A DNA stretch of 64,000 nucleotides from contig OZ193909.1 of the NCBI GenBank assembly GCA_964276515.1, positions 17,546,001 to 17,610,000 on the forward strand. Direction: 5' to 3'. Below are positions 38,801 through 50,677 of this stretch, one piece after another. Position 1 is the first letter of the stretch; the number at the start of each line of letters is the position of its first letter. Source of the stretch: Gordius albopunctatus. Lineage: Eukaryota. The notes beneath the pieces were generated by a model, which saw only the letters and a list, made by a program, of their open reading frames with translations, was not told the origin of the DNA and ran no database searches. The position numbers and the translations under genes were made by a program.

Positions 38801-41800
38801 GATATTTTTGATTTTAAACTAAACTAACTTCCACCACTAATAGCTCTTCTTTAATCGCCTTTATGAAGGTGAAAAATGAATCGAGTCCAATTTTATCATT
38901 GTAATCGGAGCCGAACAAAAATTTGGCCAGGCCACTGTTGTGAAGAGACTTGATGGTCAAATTTCTGTGATAACGTTTACCAACTTCACCCTTAATATTG
39001 GTGGTCGTTACGCTGTATTGAGTCCCATTCCCATATTCTGTGCTGGGAGAAGTTAAGTTTCTCAGGATCCATTGTACCTAAATGTTCAAAATAGTGTTGT
39101 AGAACGGCTGAGACCTCTAGGTTTGGTTAAAATTTGAAAAACAGACCAGACTCAAGTTTTTTTTAATCGCTCAAACAGACTAAAGGTTATTTGGTCAAAC
39201 ATTTGGCCTATTTATGTTAAGTCGACTAAAGGCAAAGGTGGCCCTAGAGTTGTTAAATTGCTAACTTTCTTCAACTCCAGCTACCATCTGCTCGAGTTTC
39301 TGCTCGATCCTCGAGCATTTTTATATGCTAATGCTCTACCTAGTGCACCGAACAGAGAGCACATATTGTGCTAACGCGCATATTAAGCAACTCAGTGTTC
39401 GTGCTCGCGTCTGAAGTCTGAAGAAAGTTAGCAATTTAACAACTCTAGGTGGCCCAAACAAAACCCAGTCGTTTTTACAACACTAATGAATTGACATACT
39501 CTTATTATAGTTATTGCAAAGACATTAGAAGGAGATAAGTACTTTGGAAAGGATCGACAATCTTCACGGGGAATTTAACAATAATTTCATACGTATGTAA
39601 ATCCTTAAATTATTCGATCGTTTGGCAATATAAAGGTTAATATTCTTATAAAAACTTCATACCTTCAATTTAAATCTCAAACCCCTATTATGACGACTAT
39701 TAACATTTGTGCCATAAAAATTAATTTTCGGAAAAATTACATTACTATGTAATGAAACAAACCAAAATCGGCTTGGACAGATCTTAAAAACCATACAAAT
39801 TAAATATCAAGCGCTAATTTGTTAAATCTAAGCGCAAACCGTAACGCGGTTCTATTAAAATCAAATATTTTGGAGATATCATTACAATATGTATGAAAAA
39901 ACTCAAATCACTAATAAAAATTCACTTTAATAGTTTTACAATACAAAATTGAATTTTTTTCCTGATTTTTTTTAAATCGGAGGGAAAATGTAACGCGCTT
40001 CTTTTAAAATCAAATATTTTAAAACTATCATTACTATATATATAAAAAACTCACTAATAATGGAAATTTACTTTAACAGTTTTTAAAACCATACAAAATT
40101 CATATTCAGGTGTAAAATTTTAGTAAAACATTCAATTTTTATCGTCATTTTTTTAAGTAACGCGGTAATTTTAAAATATAAATATATTTTAGAAAGGAAA
40201 CTTGGTTGTATTCGTGACAATCGATGTAGCCGTTCCCATCCTTGTCATACATTAAAAACACAGTTTCAATTAACTTTTCCGGAGCTAAAAAAAATAATTT
40301 TTACGGTCAAAAATTGTGAAAAGGGGTAAATAAATTACTCGATATCAGCATCAACAAAAAGATAAAATCGGCAAAGGTTATAAATCCCAAGCGATGAATC
40401 TTCTCCAAAATTCCACCCGTCTTGTAATGGCTATATTTGGGAGCTTTCCTCGCCTAAATGTTCAAATAGAAGGTTTGAAATTTCTTTAAATAAATTTATT
40501 ATCGTTTTAAAAATAAATTTTATTAAGCGGATTAATAGTTTATAAGACAATTTATAATAGTAATTAAAATGAATATTTAGTGGAGATGAACGAAATAAAT
40601 AAAAAGGTTAATTAATAAATATTTGCAAAACATTCAGACATTGCTATTGAATTACATTACAATTATTGTGTAAATTTTAAATGTAACTATATTTTGTGTG
40701 GAAAAAAAATTACAAAAAGCCTTTCCCGGGTTTAATGTGCAATTTGTCATTTAAAGACGCTCCTAACAAAAAACTAGAACAATAAAAATCTAGTCATAAA
40801 TTGTAACATAACTTATAAAAGTGGGGAAAGAAGATTGAAATACCAAAATTTATATTTCAACGAAAAAGCTGTACTTTTTTATATAAAAAAATTATATTTT
40901 TAAATAGAAAATATATTTTATGGGCTATAAAAAATACATAAATACTTAGCTTGCACAATTTCAACAAATAAATAAATAAAATACTTAATCAAATAAACTA
41001 ATTACTTACCAAAGTTTGGGTATCGAGCGTTTTGTATTGTTCGAAGCCCAGCTCTAGCGAAAAACAGAAATTAAAATTTTCATTATATGGACTTAAATTT
41101 TTCATAAAAGCTGATTAAATTCCCAAATCTACCATTTTTCCATCTTTTAAATGGTTCAACATTTTTATTATATTTAAAAGTGTCGGTGCTTTTGAGAACA
41201 ATACTGCCGCTAGTGTAGTAAAGACGGCTTATGATCGACCCTTGGATTTAGTCGACTAATCGGGTAAAAATAAAAAAAATTTCCAATAGCTCTTTTGTCA
41301 CACTAAGGTGGTCAGTTTCTTTAGATATTGGGATGAGGGGTGATTCTCGGCTATCCAGCCCTGACAGCCGTGGTGACGATGTGATTTTTAATCTTTTTTG
41401 AAATAAGTGCTAGAGGCGGGATTGAACCTGCGAGCTAATGCTTCAAAGACTAAACCTCTACCCACTACACCACATCGACTAAAAATAAACAGACCAAAAA
41501 TTTATTGCTCTATTTTTTAGGCGCATAAACAGAGCAGGCGCGTAGCCAGGATTTTCTCCCGGGGGGAGGGGCGAAATCTCCAAATATTTTCACCATTTTT
41601 ATTTCAACATCAAAATTATGAAATCTGGTATAAAACATAAAGAAAGTCATTACAAATATAATTAACTTGGTCAGTTACGTTGCACAACTATAAAATATAA
41701 ACTTTAGATTTAAAATATTTTATTTTTTCATAAAATACCGGGGCACCCCCCCCCCCGTATTTACGCCACTGAAACAGAGTATAGGCTTTGGTCTCTTTAT

Positions 41801-44800
41801 GTTTAATCGACTAAAACCACCCTTTTTACAACACTACTCCTAACCTAATTACGAATAGAAACTATCACTTCTGTGCAAAATGTAATATAGGCTAGGGTTA
41901 GATTTAGTGATTTATTTGATAATATTTATTTATTTGATAAAATAGTATTATACATTTTGATATAACTTATTTTGTTTCAATTGACAATTATAGTATCCTT
42001 TTATTACGTAGTTTTTAGTACATATTACATGCGTATGAATATGCGTGAAAACCGGTCTCAATTTCTAAAATGCGAATATTACATTATTAGATTTTGCACA
42101 TATTACATTTTGCACCAGATTTGTTGAAATTAGATGGGAAGGGCGAATAATATTAGGAAGGGGGTTAGAAAAATAATTTTTGCCTAAGGACTTGTCTTAA
42201 TATCGGATTCAGATTCAAATCGCGCGAATTTATTTTTGTCTAAATATTCTATTCGATTTTATGCGTCAAACTCTGTTGTAATTATTAATATTTTGTTTTT
42301 TGATAGTTAAAAACGTTTTTTGTTTATTTCAACTCTTGAGATTAAATCTAAGCTTCGCCGATACCTAAAAATTAAAAAACATACAAAATTTAAGCTTAGG
42401 AAAGAATTTGCATCCTTCAAAATCGCTGTTATGTTATGCGTCTGACATGCAAATCTGCCGTGAATTCGAATTTAAGACACGGCTATGTTATAACTCGTAG
42501 GACGATTTTTGCTACGCAGCAAAATCCGATATTAAGACAAGCCCTAAGAGGTTAGAAATATAAGTAGATAAGTCACGGGCGTAGCCAAGATTGAAATTAG
42601 AGGGGGGGGGGGGGGCAAAAGGAATATTTTTTTAATTTTTAGCTATAATTCTAATAAATTTCAACAAATTTTTGGATTTAGACGAGGACAGCCGCCCCTC
42701 CCTGCCCCCCTCCTTGGGTACGCCCATAAGGTAAGTTAAGTATGAATGCAGCTTATTCCAGAAAAGCAGTTTTTTACTATTCATGAGCTTGAGGGTATGA
42801 ATTTTTTCGAGGTTATTTTGCAATTTTTTATATTTATATATCTAAAATTTATAGGAAGGTCTCGACTACCCTCACCTTTAGGTTGCGTAGCTCCAGGGGT
42901 TATAACTCTCAGGAAATCTTCTAGAGTCATTAAAATTTCGGATTGACCATCTTCGTAACGTATTTGAATTGTGGAAAAATACTTGAAAATTTTATTGAGA
43001 CTCGAAAATTTCCTCAGGCGATTTTCGTAATTAATGACCTATATACAGCGCGAAAATATTGTATTCGATAAATAGCTTTGAGCTAGAGATTTACAAATTT
43101 TATAGATATGAAATATTTTATTGATAAATTATTTTTATATTGTAAAAGTGATTGCTTTTATTTTGTTCCTCCAAATCTTAAAATTTTAAATTAAAATAAG
43201 ATTATACTTTGTAAATGGGTCAGTTAAAATTTTAAAATAGTCTTTTATTTAGTCGGAGCCACAGCTAGAGCCCTGCATGGGTCGCCCGAAGCCCGACCCG
43301 ATCGGGCTTCGGGTCGGGACAAAAATAAAAATGTCTTTCAGACTCGGGCCGAGCTCGGGCAAAATAAAAATTGAAATGTCGGGCTCGGGCCGGGCAGAAG
43401 AAATTTCATTTTGCAGGGCTCTAGCCACAGCCCAAGCCATCTAGATTTTATGGTAAAAGCCTTTTAAAGGTATTGGGGGTTGTTTTAGTATATTTTGAGT
43501 TAAAAACTTATTAAAACATAATGCTGAGGTTAATTTAAAAAAAAATCAAAAATAAAATTAACAAGCTTTAAGCTTTTAAACCAGGAAAACCATTAAGCCA
43601 ACACTTAATTTAGCCATGTATGTTCATAATAAAAACTTGCAATATAAGAAGCTATAAAATTAGAGCAAAAAAATATTAAAATTATCAATTAACGTCAATA
43701 TCCCCAACTTATTATGAATGCTTAAATAAAGAAAAATACAAAAATGCTATTTTAAATAAAATTTAATTAAATATAACTTAGATTAAAAACTGTAAAACAG
43801 TAGTGAGATTACCTTAGAAATTGTAGGTTGTATTTAAGTTGCCCTCAACTCTCCCTTGTTAATTTATAATTTGAATGTCTGCATGTCTTAAATTAAAATA
43901 TAATAAATGTATTAAGAGAGATCTTATTAGTGATGTTTTTCTAAAGTTGTAGAGACAAAAGGGGTAAAATTAAGGAGCTATAAAGTTGGGAATATAGATA
44001 ACTACATCTAAAGGGGCAGTAAAAGGTTCTGTTGAAGAGTATTTTGACTTATATAAAATTTTAAAAAGCATATTTGCTGTAGTGTTAAAAAAACAAAAAC
44101 TAAAGGTGTAATATTCATAATATAAAACCTACAATGAGAATTAGTCATATTGATGTAATATTGATACAAAAATATCTTGTTTTTATATTTTAAAAAAATG
44201 CATATATATTGAGCTATGATTAGGACATACTTAAAAAACAAATTTACATCCCCAGAATGAAGTTGTATTTTAAAAGTCATATGTTTATCAAAAATATTTG
44301 TTAAGTTATAATTTCTTGCCTAAAAATGATAATTATGGGTGTATAAGAATTTAAAATTTATAAGGTACTAAACATGAATAAATATATAATATAATCAAGA
44401 TGTTAAAGTTTTGATTCAAAAAATTTAAATTGAATAAAAAGAGTTTAGAAAAGTTTATAGCAATTTCAATTTTCTTTAGATTGGTTATATTTAACACAAA
44501 TAGACATATAATAAAGTTAGACAATATTTTATAACTCTATAGTGTGTATATTAATGTGAAAATTAAATAATTAACACTTTTTTATCTTGTTCATTTTGAA
44601 TGTTATTGTCTAAAGGTTTTGCATCAGTATCTTTGTTTGGGTTTTCTTGGAATAAATCTAAAGCATCAACTTTTGGAACTACTTTTTCAGGCTTCAATTT
44701 AGATGGCAATTTAACTATTTTGTCAAATTTCTCCCCAACACTCACAGCAAGAGTTTTAAGCCTATATTATATAAAGTCAAATACATAATACAACTAACCA

Positions 44801-45036
44801 TGCCACAGGTGACATGAATATAGCTGAACTCATCAGAGAGATAAGAACAACCAAATAAAGAACAAATCCATGTGGTTCTTTCAGTTTAGCATGGCCAAAG
44901 TTTGTGTAGCTTTTGTTAATTTTAGTTGTATAAGTCTAAAACTAAACAAATTAAAGCTGTCAATACAAACCTTTACGACTAGAGCTTGCTTAAGAGGAAA
45001 ACGTTTTACAAATATATATTTATAAAAATAAATCAT
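32854..45036 (-). CDS. MICU1: Mitochondrial calcium uptake protein 1 (EF-hand regulator of MCU), 12 coding exons
   Basis: Spliced translation with a basic, acid-free N-terminus, YTNFGH plus a hydrophobic segment, DKK/VINYENRLRKFSSLNKIFKYFSTI...MTLEDFLRVITPG, GFITFADFIFLL, EF-hands YDKDGNGYIDCHEY and FDTNEDGILDRQEF, and C-terminal SRLNRGM...LGVFKIM...C. The first three exons are less certain than the core. Confidence 0.88.
34971..35535. mobile_element. MITE family C, longer derivative
   Basis: Right end tgcagggctcta followed by ctaatgat, which also occurs just left of the degenerate left end; gcccga-type subterminal repeats. Confidence 0.55.
36440..36640 (+). mobile_element. RTE 3' remnant
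   Basis: ETNDVNQKVLDMGAPGRERRGRSR resembles DVTRRTLEMDVPGRRGRGRPR of the RTE at 57.7 kb. Confidence 0.6.
37278..37897. mobile_element. piggyBac-like MITE
   Basis: TTAA on both sides (37274-37277, 37898-37901); imperfect TIR cgcgggagagcattc / gaatgctcttcgaggg; subterminal repeat ccccacgaatgctctc. Confidence 0.7.
39092..39485. mobile_element. MITE family A with nested family B (39245-39447)
   Basis: Family A TIRs; inner element has exact TSD ggtggccc. Confidence 0.82.
39780..40190. repeat. Degenerate tandem repeat, ~150-165-bp unit, ~3 copies
   Basis: gtaacgcg...ttaaaat..aaatat recurs at ~39841, ~39990 and ~40157. Confidence 0.6.
41211..41836. mobile_element. MITE family A hosting a SINE and a family D MITE (41535-41771)
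   Basis: tagtgtagtaaa...ttttacaacacta; inner D element has exact TSD aaacagag. Confidence 0.75.
41260..41474 (-). mobile_element. tRNA-derived SINE-like insertion
   Basis: Minus strand starts with A-box-like TGGTGTAGTGG and B-box GGTTCAATCCC at tRNA spacing, followed by a non-tRNA body; flanked by direct repeat tcgactaa. Confidence 0.65.
41870..42119. mobile_element. Unclassified MITE
   Basis: Inverted ends tctgtgcaaaatgtaatat / atattacattttgcaccaga. Confidence 0.5.
42188..42544. mobile_element. PIF/Harbinger-like MITE
   Basis: TIR ggacttgtcttaatatcggatt / aatccgatattaagacaagccc with 3-bp TAA on both sides. Confidence 0.75.
43266..43423. mobile_element. MITE family C
   Basis: Perfect TIR tagagccctgca / tgcagggctcta; exact TSD gccacagc. 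Confidence 0.88.
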
Positions 45037-45089
45037 TTTTGAAATCACATATTTGAAAATCAGCTGCAAATAATTTACTATGACGGTAT

Positions 45090-45995
45090 CATCTTGGGCG
45101 AACAAAAAATATCTTCCCTCTTATTCGCAGACGATCTATGCATAGTCTCCGACTCGATCTCCAGAACTCAGAACTTTATTGACAGATTCACCATGGAGAC
45201 CCAGAAAGCCGGTCTAGTGATAAACCCTAACAAATCCAATATCCTATTAATCAATTTACCATTGCAATCGAAACCAGTTCTCATTGATAATACTCAAGTC
45301 CCCATCTCAGACTCATTTAATTATCTTGGAGTCACTCTCTCCTACGACACATACTCCCTTTTAGACATCTCGAATAAAATAGGAAAAGCCCTGAAAAAAT
45401 TCTACTCGTGCTACTCTATATAGAAGTCGCATGAACTGGCCCTACCAACCCGCCTCCGCATGTTCAAAACCACTATCTTACCCATTCTACTCTACGGTTG
45501 TGAAACATGGTCTCTCAAAGGCCCGACTCTTAGAACGGCCCAAACGAAACTAAACAAAATGCTAAAGATAGTATGTAATATTTTCTTCCCGGAAGTAATC
45601 AGCAACGTCAACCTCTGGACCCTTTGTAAAATCCCTCCCATTAAAAACGTAATAATTTCTCGGAAATGGAACTTCCTGGCACATCAGTCTAGACGCAGTG
45701 GTATTAACATATGTCTAAGTTCTATTTTTTGGAGACCCCCGCAATTACGAACCCTCAAATGCAGAGGAAGCTGTATTTATCAAACCTTTCAGCAACTCAG
45801 GTCCCTCAACCACGATTGGAATTCACTCCTCCCTATAATGCAGGACAGGACGGGGTGGAAAACCTTCTCTTCGTCCCACTTTCCCAAGTCGTACCCTCCC
45901 GTGACGAGATAAATACTAATTTCCGTCCTACCTAGCGCCACATCCCGATCACTCTGTCAAGAGAATATCGTATTCATTCTAATATATATATATAT
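45090..45995 (+). mobile_element. 5'-truncated non-LTR retrotransposon (RTE-like RT C-terminus)
   Basis: SSLLFADDL, GLVINPNKS, FNYLG, PILLYGCETW; in-frame TAG at 45421; (TA)n tail near 45983. Confidence 0.8.
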
Positions 45996-46089
45996 TTTTT
46001 ACTACTAACATACTATTCCATTTATATATATACATACACTAACCACTAACCTACTAACAATTGAACACGTAATCTTTGGTTATCGTGGC

Positions 46090-49000
46090 CCGAGATGCCG
46101 CGCATAGGTGTCAGATGGGATGCCTTTGCTGCTAAACTGAAAGGTATTTCTATCAATTGCAACTTTGGAGCCTCTCTCGAGGAGAACCTAAGGGATCGGT
46201 TCGTTGCGGGGTTACATAATAATAAGATTTGTGAACTACTATTGATTATAGATAATCTGACATGGCAAGGGGCATTAGATATTGCGAGATCAATGGAACG
46301 GGCAAGATTCCAAAGCCATATGTTGACCCAACATTTGGAACCCGTTCATACAGTGACTAACAAACACCCAGCATAAAATATGAAATGTTTCGCATGTGGG
46401 GGTAACCACCTTCGATTCATCTGTAAATTCCGTTTTGCGACGTGTTATAAATGTCATACCCAAGGCCATATCGGAAAGATATGCCGTGTCAAACAGGTTT
46501 CCTCATTAGATTATTTCCATTTAAAAGACTCGTTGCGGCCATGCTATGCTTTGAAGGTAAATGACCGTATTTTAAATTTTGAAAATGACACCGGTTCAGC
46601 AGTCACCTTGATTAATTCTCTCAATGGGGCCCACCTTACAACTCAACCGTGTTGTACCGAGTTAAAGGGTTATGATGGTTCGTCTATACCGCTAAAGGGA
46701 TCGGCAAGAGTAATTGTGCAAGAAGAGGACGCAACCCACCAACTCTTGCTTTACGTCGCTGATGGGAAGGGGCAAAACATTTTGGGAAGAGACTGGTTAA
46801 GGATATTTCCACACATATTACGTTAGCTAGCTGAGGATTGGGAGCAAAACAAACCTTTCCAACGATACGAGATTAATCATACCAACGATGATGTTGTAAC
46901 CAATAATATTATTAAAAAATACCCGGTATTGTTTGAAAATAAATTGGGAGGCGTAATCGGGTATGAAGCAAAGCTTAAATTAAAAGATGAGATATGTCCA
47001 TGTTTTTTCCGCCCTAGACCTATTCCCTATATGTTAAAACCTAAAATTGACGAAGAATTAGATAGGTTAGTTAAAGAAGGTATCTTTAAACGAATAAAAT
47101 ATGCTTAACATGCTGCTCCTATTGTAACTGTTATTAAAAATAACGGAAGCATCCGTATTTGCGGCGACTTGCGTGATTTAAACAAGCACCTTTTAATTGA
47201 AAAATATCCTTTGCCACGAATTCAAGATATATTTGCTCAACTAGGCGGTTTTAAATATTTTAGCGTTTTGGACCTTAAGGATGCCTATTTCCAAATAAAG
47301 GTTAACAAAAATTCTCAAAACCTGTTAGCAATTAATACGCATAGGGGCCTTTTCAAATATACTAAATTACCTTTTGGCATAGCCTCGGCCCCAGCTATTT
47401 TTCAAAGATTTATGGATTCCTTATTTCGAAATAATAAGGGAATAGTAGTTTACATAGATGACATTATCATAACTGGTAAGACAGTAGAGGACCATAATCA
47501 AAAATTGGAAAAGGTTTTTGAAGAATTGGAAAAAACAGGCCTAAAACTAAAATTAGGCAAGTGTAAATTTTTGGAAAAAAAGTGGAATATTTAAGACATA
47601 CCATTAGTAAAGACGGAAATTTTACCACTGACAAGAATACTAAAGCAATTTTAGCAGCACCAGCCCCAACTAAAATAAAAGAATTACAATCTTTTTTAGG
47701 TATGGCAACATACTACGCGAAATTCATAAAAAATCTCTCTTCTTTAGCACAACCTCTTTATAAACTGCTAAGGAAAACAGTAGCTTAAAATTGGTCCATA
47801 GACTGTACAAATGCATTCAATGACATTAAAAAAGCCATAATCAAGACCCCGATATTAAAACATTTTGATCCCGAGTTACCGCTAATACTCTCAACGGATG
47901 CTTCATCTGATGGACTCGGCGCAGTACTTTCCCACGAAATTAAAGGTTATCAGCACCCTATTGCTTTTGCGTCCCGCACCCTTAACACTGCTGAAAGAAA
48001 TTATAGCCAAATTGAGAAAGAAGCTTTAGCCATCATTTATGCTTTTAATAAATTTAAGGAATATTTATATGGCCTCCATTTTACCTTACTTACAGATCAC
48101 AAACCATTAATATCAATATTCAACCCGAATAAAAATTTATCACAAGTCATGTCAGCAAGACTTCAGAAATGGACCTTGTTAACAACACCTTATCATTATA
48201 CCATAAAATACAAAATTGGCAAGGAAAATACACAAGCTGATATGTTATCCAGGCTTCCGATACAATCTGAAGAAACGCTAGAACAAGGAGAAGAAGATGA
48301 TATACACACCATTTATGAAGAACCATTCCAACGCTTCCCCATTACATCCGCCGACATAGAGCGTCATACTCGTAAAGATCCTATCCTGGGACAAGTCTAT
48401 AACTATGTACTCCATGGCTGGCCGAAGAAAGTTACTCCAGATCTAGTAGTTTACCAACAACGGCAAAGAGAACTCACCACCTTAAAAGGCTGCATATTTT
48501 GGAGATACAGAATTATTATTCCTCAAGGATTAAGGCAAACCATTTTGAAACTAATCCACTTAGGACACCCAGGCATGAGTCGCTCAAATATTTTGGCTCG
48601 TCAACATCTCTGGTATCCAGGTATTGATAAAGATATAGAAGGTTATGTTCAAAACTGTGCGGAATGTCAACAATGGTTCACTGGCACAACCGAATTAGCA
48701 ACGCAAAAATGGGAAAACCCGGGAAATCCATGGTCTAGGTTACATGCCGATTTTTGCGGACCAATTAATGGGTATTATTACCTAATTGTAATTGACGCCT
48801 ACAGTAAATGGCCCGAGGTGATCCCTATGACAACGATAACAACGTCAAGCACTATTATCGCTCTCGAAGCTATTTTCTCAAGGTTCGGGGTACCTAGCAC
48901 CCTATCTACAGACAATGGGCCTCAATTTACAAGTGCCGAATTTAAAACATACTGCAAATCAAATAACATTCGTAACGCATATTCCAGCCCGTATCATTCT

Positions 49001-49985
49001 CGATCCAACGGAGAAGCTCAACGTTTAGTCCAAACATTTAAGGAATTCTTGAACAAAACTAAGAATTTTAAAAACAATAAATTATATAACTTTCTGTTTT
49101 CTTATAGGAATACCATTCACCCAACAACTGGATTAACTCCAGCCAATCTATTAATCTAAATACAACCAATCGGTCCATTAAATTTACTCAAACCACATGT
49201 AACTGGTCTTAACAAAGACGAGTTGGCACCCATCAAATGGAAATTTATATTTGGAGATAGAGTGTGGGTTAGAACTTTCACAACTAATGATAAATTATAG
49301 GTAACGGGAAAAATAGTAAAAATCTTAGGCCCAGTATCGTACATGGTTGAAATGGATAATGGGGCATTATGGAAGAGACATGGTGATCATATTAGGAAAT
49401 CTTTAGATGACGCAGACACGCTAAACGATGAGGATCGATGGGCTGACATTTCGCACGCAATACCGGGTGATCTACCACAACATGAACCCAGTGATTTACT
49501 TGACGCCACCATCCCGCAACAGCTTAATCTACCACATGATGAAGCTAGCGATAATATACTGGTTTCCATTCCAACCCCGCTCTCACCTCTACCCCCTCGT
49601 ATGGACTCCCCTCATTCACCTATACCCTCACCCGAAATAACGGTCCGGCGATCTACACGAATCCGAAAACCTGTAGAAAGATATGGAATAACTTAAGGGG
49701 GTAGGAGATGTTGTATACTGCAACTGCACCAAGCGCGTCTGTATACTCCACCATGCGCGTTTATTCAAATTATGTTTATTCAAATTATATTCATTATCAA
49801 GTCACTATCACGCAATCACCCCACCATCACGCGATTACCCTACCATCACGCGATCACCCCACCATCACGCGATCTGACCCTATATATACAAAATCTCTAT
49901 TACTTATTTAGAATTTTACGTGTTTGATAGTTAAGATTCCTAAATAAATAGATTAAGTCTCATCACTTACGATATAAAAATATGC
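46090..49985 (+). mobile_element. Ty3/gypsy LTR retrotransposon, non-functional, 5' LTR not found
   Basis: Gag LRDRFVAGL with CCHC-like knuckles, protease NDTGSAVTLI, RT YIDDII, RNase H TDAS...NYSQIEKEAL, integrase HHCC and STDNGPQF; PPT aagggggtaggaga then LTR start TGTTGT at 49709; several stops and frameshifts. LTR end is approximate. Confidence 0.92.
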
Positions 49986-50677
49986 TGTTGGCCGATTACA
50001 TCCTAGACTGCATATTTGAGTACAGCATAACTTGTAGTAAAACCCCTTTAAAATTTGCGTATCAAAACAATGGATTTTAAAATGACTACGGAATGAGTGA
50101 GGCCCTGACTAACTGTCATTTTGTGATTTTTTATGTTAACATGTGGCATACCCTAGATTGGTAGTGGCAGAAAAATTGAATCCTTAAATCATAGACTAAT
50201 AATACCATAGATCCCAAATAACGGATTTTTCCTATTAGAATCATTCACACACCATTATAGCTGCCATCTTTAAGGAAAAACTCAACATCAAGTATCCATT
50301 TCTATGCAATTTTTTGTTATAGATTCTCCACTATTCAACATTTTTGCAAACACATTTTTATAATATATATGTGTCGTATCCGTAGGATTTTCTCCCAACC
50401 CCTTGTAAAACTGCGTATCTCATACATACTTATTCGATTATCTTACGCGCTGAAAAACATCTGCTGTATTTCCTGTAATGATTTTAATATCAATCATAAT
50501 GTAGTACTGAACCCTACTACTTCATATGTGGTATACTGGAATATACAAGTCTTACACGTCTTTTCCTTTAAATTTAAATACGACGTGTATGTTATTCCCC
50601 CCCCCCCCCCGCGGTTTTACGTGTTTGTTATTTCTATCAACACGCATCATTAATTTTGTATACGCATACTGTATCGA

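Noticed and set aside
41405..41474. Functional tRNA gene
   Set aside because: A and B boxes are present, but I could not form a convincing acceptor stem or cloverleaf; a trailing body and flanking direct repeat fit a SINE better.
43813..43886. Extra MICU1 exon (ttaag...AAG|gtaatc)
   Set aside because: Stops in all three frames; a direct DKK/VINYENR splice matches the conserved DRK/VMEYENR junction. A poison exon cannot be excluded without RNA data.
46105..46122. tRNA-Leu primer-binding-site-like aggtgtcagatgggat
   Set aside because: Imperfect match, and no upstream LTR matching the one at 49709 was found.
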